From Vitrella brassicaformis CCMP3155 (lineage: Eukaryota > Protista > Chromerida), in contig CDMY01000583.1 of assembly GCA_001179505.1 (NCBI GenBank), positions 1-47,310 on the forward strand: 47,310 bases of DNA, given 5' to 3'. The notes below the pieces were generated by a model. The model was not told where the DNA came from. It saw only the letters and a list, made by a program, of their open reading frames with translations, and made no database searches. This document shows, one piece after another, positions 44,732-47,310 of the stretch (positions are counted from its first letter, which is position 1; each line of letters starts with the position of its first letter). The position numbers were made by a program, and so were the translations under genes.

Positions 44732-45460
44732 GCGCCAATCAAGCAGTGGTCGAAGCAAGCAGCAGACGTCAAATGAGCGCCTGCAATGTCAAGCGGGATG
44801 GATAAGTTGTGTTGCTTTGGCTGTGTGTTCCTTCACTCACTTACGTGTGTCCCGAACTCGCTTGGCTCGAGACTGATGTCTTGAAGCAAGGCGATTTGAC
44901 AGTGCGATGGCGTCTTGTGCGCGCGCTTTGCAAAGTTACCCTAACTCGAGGAGAGATCGGTCCCTTCGCATATGTCCTGTCGTTGTTGTCCATCAGACTC
45001 AGACCGTTTGTCTGCTTGTCCCAGGTTGATTCGTCAAACCATCTGTCGGCTTCAAGTTTGCAGCGCTACATTCCCCGGCTGCTTAAAGTTGCTTCACTGC
45101 GTGACGGAGATATGTCTGCTGCTGCTGCTGCTGCTGCTGCTCCTGCTGCTGCTGACGGTCGGCAGGTGAGGCTGCGTGAATGGGCGGCGTGATTGTTTGT
45201 CAGCGCTCATCGTTCACTCGTCTGTGTGTGATGACAGGCCACATCTGCCGCTGCTGCAAGCGATGAGGATCAGAGACGCGCAGAGAGGGAGAGGGAACTC
45301 AGGCAGACCATCGCAGACACTGTGAGCCAATGACTCAGACAGTCTGAATGAAGCATCTGACTCGCCGGCTATCTGTGTGTCTTTGCCTTTGTGCAGCCTG
45401 GTCTTGTCAACTGCATCACGGCCTTTCTGCCCCTCTATCTGCTCGGCCTGCTGTCCACCA
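44378..45460. repeat. Direct repeat, copy 2, starting exactly at the gap edge
   Basis: Offset 2564 from copy 1, and the ORF translations are duplicated (e.g. 42245-42628 = 44809-45192). Confidence 0.9.
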
Positions 45461-46890
45461 CGGCCTGGGACCACGCAGCGCCCACACACACACACCTCAC
45501 CATCGACAGCACCGACAGCAACGAGCGGTCGGTGTGGCAGCGGGTCCCTCTCGCTCTCGTCACCCAATGGGCCAACAAACTCACTCGGCTGACGGCAATT
45601 TCTCTTCGATATCCCATCAGCGCGGCTCTGTGGTGCAGAGACGTCGTCGTCACGGTGATTGAGAACATGCCGGGCGGCACTCTGCGCACAATCGCATTAG
45701 TAGAAGGTGTGCGATTGGCTGGGGAGGAGATGATGACCGTCGATTTTCGATTACAGCAGCGCCCTTTAAGACAGATCCCGCCTGTCGTCCCGCCCCCATC
45801 ACTGGACTCGCTCACGACCATCACCGGGCTTCTCCGCATTCATCGCGACCTGGCGAGCAGAGGCTGGCCGATGCCGTCACTCGAGACAGTGGAGCAGGAG
45901 GGGTGGAGGGCGGATGACTTGGGCAGCTTCATCAGCTCGTCACGGTCGCTGCAGCACATTAGTGGGGATCTTCAGCACGTGCGTGGCCATCTGGCGGGTG
46001 AGGAGTGGGCCAGTGTGTTTGAGCGCATGCCCGAGGCAGCCGCTGGACAGCCGGGGCCACTTGCAGGTCTGCAAAGTATCGGCACTATCGAGCTTCGGTG
46101 GTTTCAGGCGCGTGCAGCGGTCGACAGACTGCAGGTGACTTAGCAGCAGAAGATGCACGTGCAAGACAGGTCTTGACGGTGATCTCACCATATGTGTGTG
46201 CTGTTGCTGTGTGTAGGCTGCACTCGCATCGCGTGGCTGCAGCCGGTCGCTCACTGAGCTGGCGGTGGTGGCGACGGACTTGTACGGCTTCGACAGTCGT
46301 GTCCTTCCCCTCTTGCAGTCCCTCAACTCGTGCTGCCGACCCGACGCACGAGTCTCCTTCGAGGTCCGCCGTGTGCATACTTTCGACCTGTCGCTCTTCT
46401 ACAACGACGACTTTCCCCTCAACCTCTCCCCCCTCGTCATGACGGCCGTGCAGGCGGCCGCACTGAAGGCCGAAACGGTGAAGTACGTCATCAGCCAGCA
46501 TGACTTTACCCACCCCGTCGACAGCCCCAGCCAGGCGGCCATCGACATCGCCAAAACACTCACATTCGACAACGCGGGGTCGGTGTGGGTCGTCCACAAC
46601 GCCTTGAGCTTCGTCCCCGCTCCCAACACCCCTTCGCCCCTCCCCGCCATCATCGACCACCTGCAGCAGTTCCCATCTGTGAGAGGGCTGGACATCCACA
46701 GTGCTCTTGGTGGTGTTGTGGGTCGGCTGTTGGCAGGGAAGATGCTGAACAAGGTGGACATGGTGAGGTTCAGGACAACTGTGAGTGCAGAGGACAGAAG
46801 GGGCGTTCTGGAGGAGGTGCGCGCGGGGAGGGAGGTCGACAGTGTCTATGTGGATGCGGTCAGTCTTACTGACGGCGCTTTTGACGGCTG
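45112..46890 (+). CDS. Uncharacterised expanded family A, copy 5; C-terminal module replaced by a PKS-derived sequence
   Basis: Same exon series as copies 2 and 4. Family homology stops at SLTDGAFDG (paralogs continue GALDGWxxDxFPSI). Confidence 0.7.
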
Positions 46891-47310
46891 CCTCAACCCC
46901 AACATCAACACAGAGGGCTTCCCAGTCGTCTTCCCCTCGGCCGCAGACGGCTTTCAGCTCACTCGCAAGAACGGGGGCGCACTCGTGGCAGGCGTCAGCT
47001 CCTTCGGCTTCGGTGGTACCAACGCACACGTCATCCTTTCCTCGCCATTCGACGCCCCCGAAGAGGACACCGCAGCAGCATAAGAAAACAAGAAGCAGAC
47101 CCGCCCCCGCGTTGCCTTCCTGTTCACGGGCCAGAACTCCCAGTACGTCGAGATGGGCAAGGACCTCTACGAGACGGACGAGGTCTTCCGCGCCAACCTG
47201 GATCGGTGTGCGGCGCTGGTCGACCCCCATCTCCCCCGATCGATGCTCGGGCTCATCTACCCCCAGACCCACGACGAGGCGACCAAGGCTGAGCTGCAGG
47301 GTCTCTTGAG
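46891..47310 (+). pseudogene. Type I polyketide/fatty-acid synthase fragment (ketosynthase C-terminus plus acyltransferase N-terminus) with an in-frame stop
   Basis: LNPNINTEGFPVVFP...AGVSSFGFGGTNAHVIL (KS C-terminal signature), TAA at 47081-47083, then in the same frame RVAFLFTGQNSQYVEMGKDLYETDEVFRANLDRC (AT N-terminal signature). Runs off the window. Confidence 0.85.

Noticed and set aside
46085-47272. 395-aa minus-strand ORF
   Set aside because: Antisense shadow of the family A/PKS coding strand.
1-47310. tRNA, rRNA or CRISPR loci
   Set aside because: None recognisable by eye; a tRNAscan-SE/Infernal run would be needed to exclude small RNAs in introns.

Overview
Eukaryotic, GC-rich, intron-dense window. 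Introns are built from (CA)n/(GT)n/(GA)n/(GATG)n/(GACA)n microsatellites, and there are three 300-N scaffold gaps. The ApiAP2-type domain, gene style and repeated lineage-specific families suggest a chromerid alveolate such as Vitrella brassicaformis (inference). I spliced the exons by hand using GT-AG sites and phase, and no database searches were run. Main genes: (1) a minus-strand gene (3094-7258) with two Tudor-like barrels and an ApiAP2-like domain; (2) a ~12.7 kb plus-strand gene (10169-22898) fusing a cold-shock/RNB (RNase II/Dis3) exoribonuclease to a UPF1-like SF1B helicase, with an RRM inserted inside the RNB domain; (3) a ~10.7 kb minus-strand gene (23751-34466) for a secreted protein with a Myxococcus-type Cys-rich repeat, about 20 Sushi/CCP-like modules and a C-terminal Hedgehog-like Hint autoprocessing domain followed by an amphipathic SRR-like tail; (4) five members of one expanded uncharacterised family, the last fused in frame to a type I PKS/FAS KS-AT fragment carrying an internal stop. 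The Sushi-Hint protein and the RNB(RRM)-helicase fusion are the best candidates for undescribed systems.
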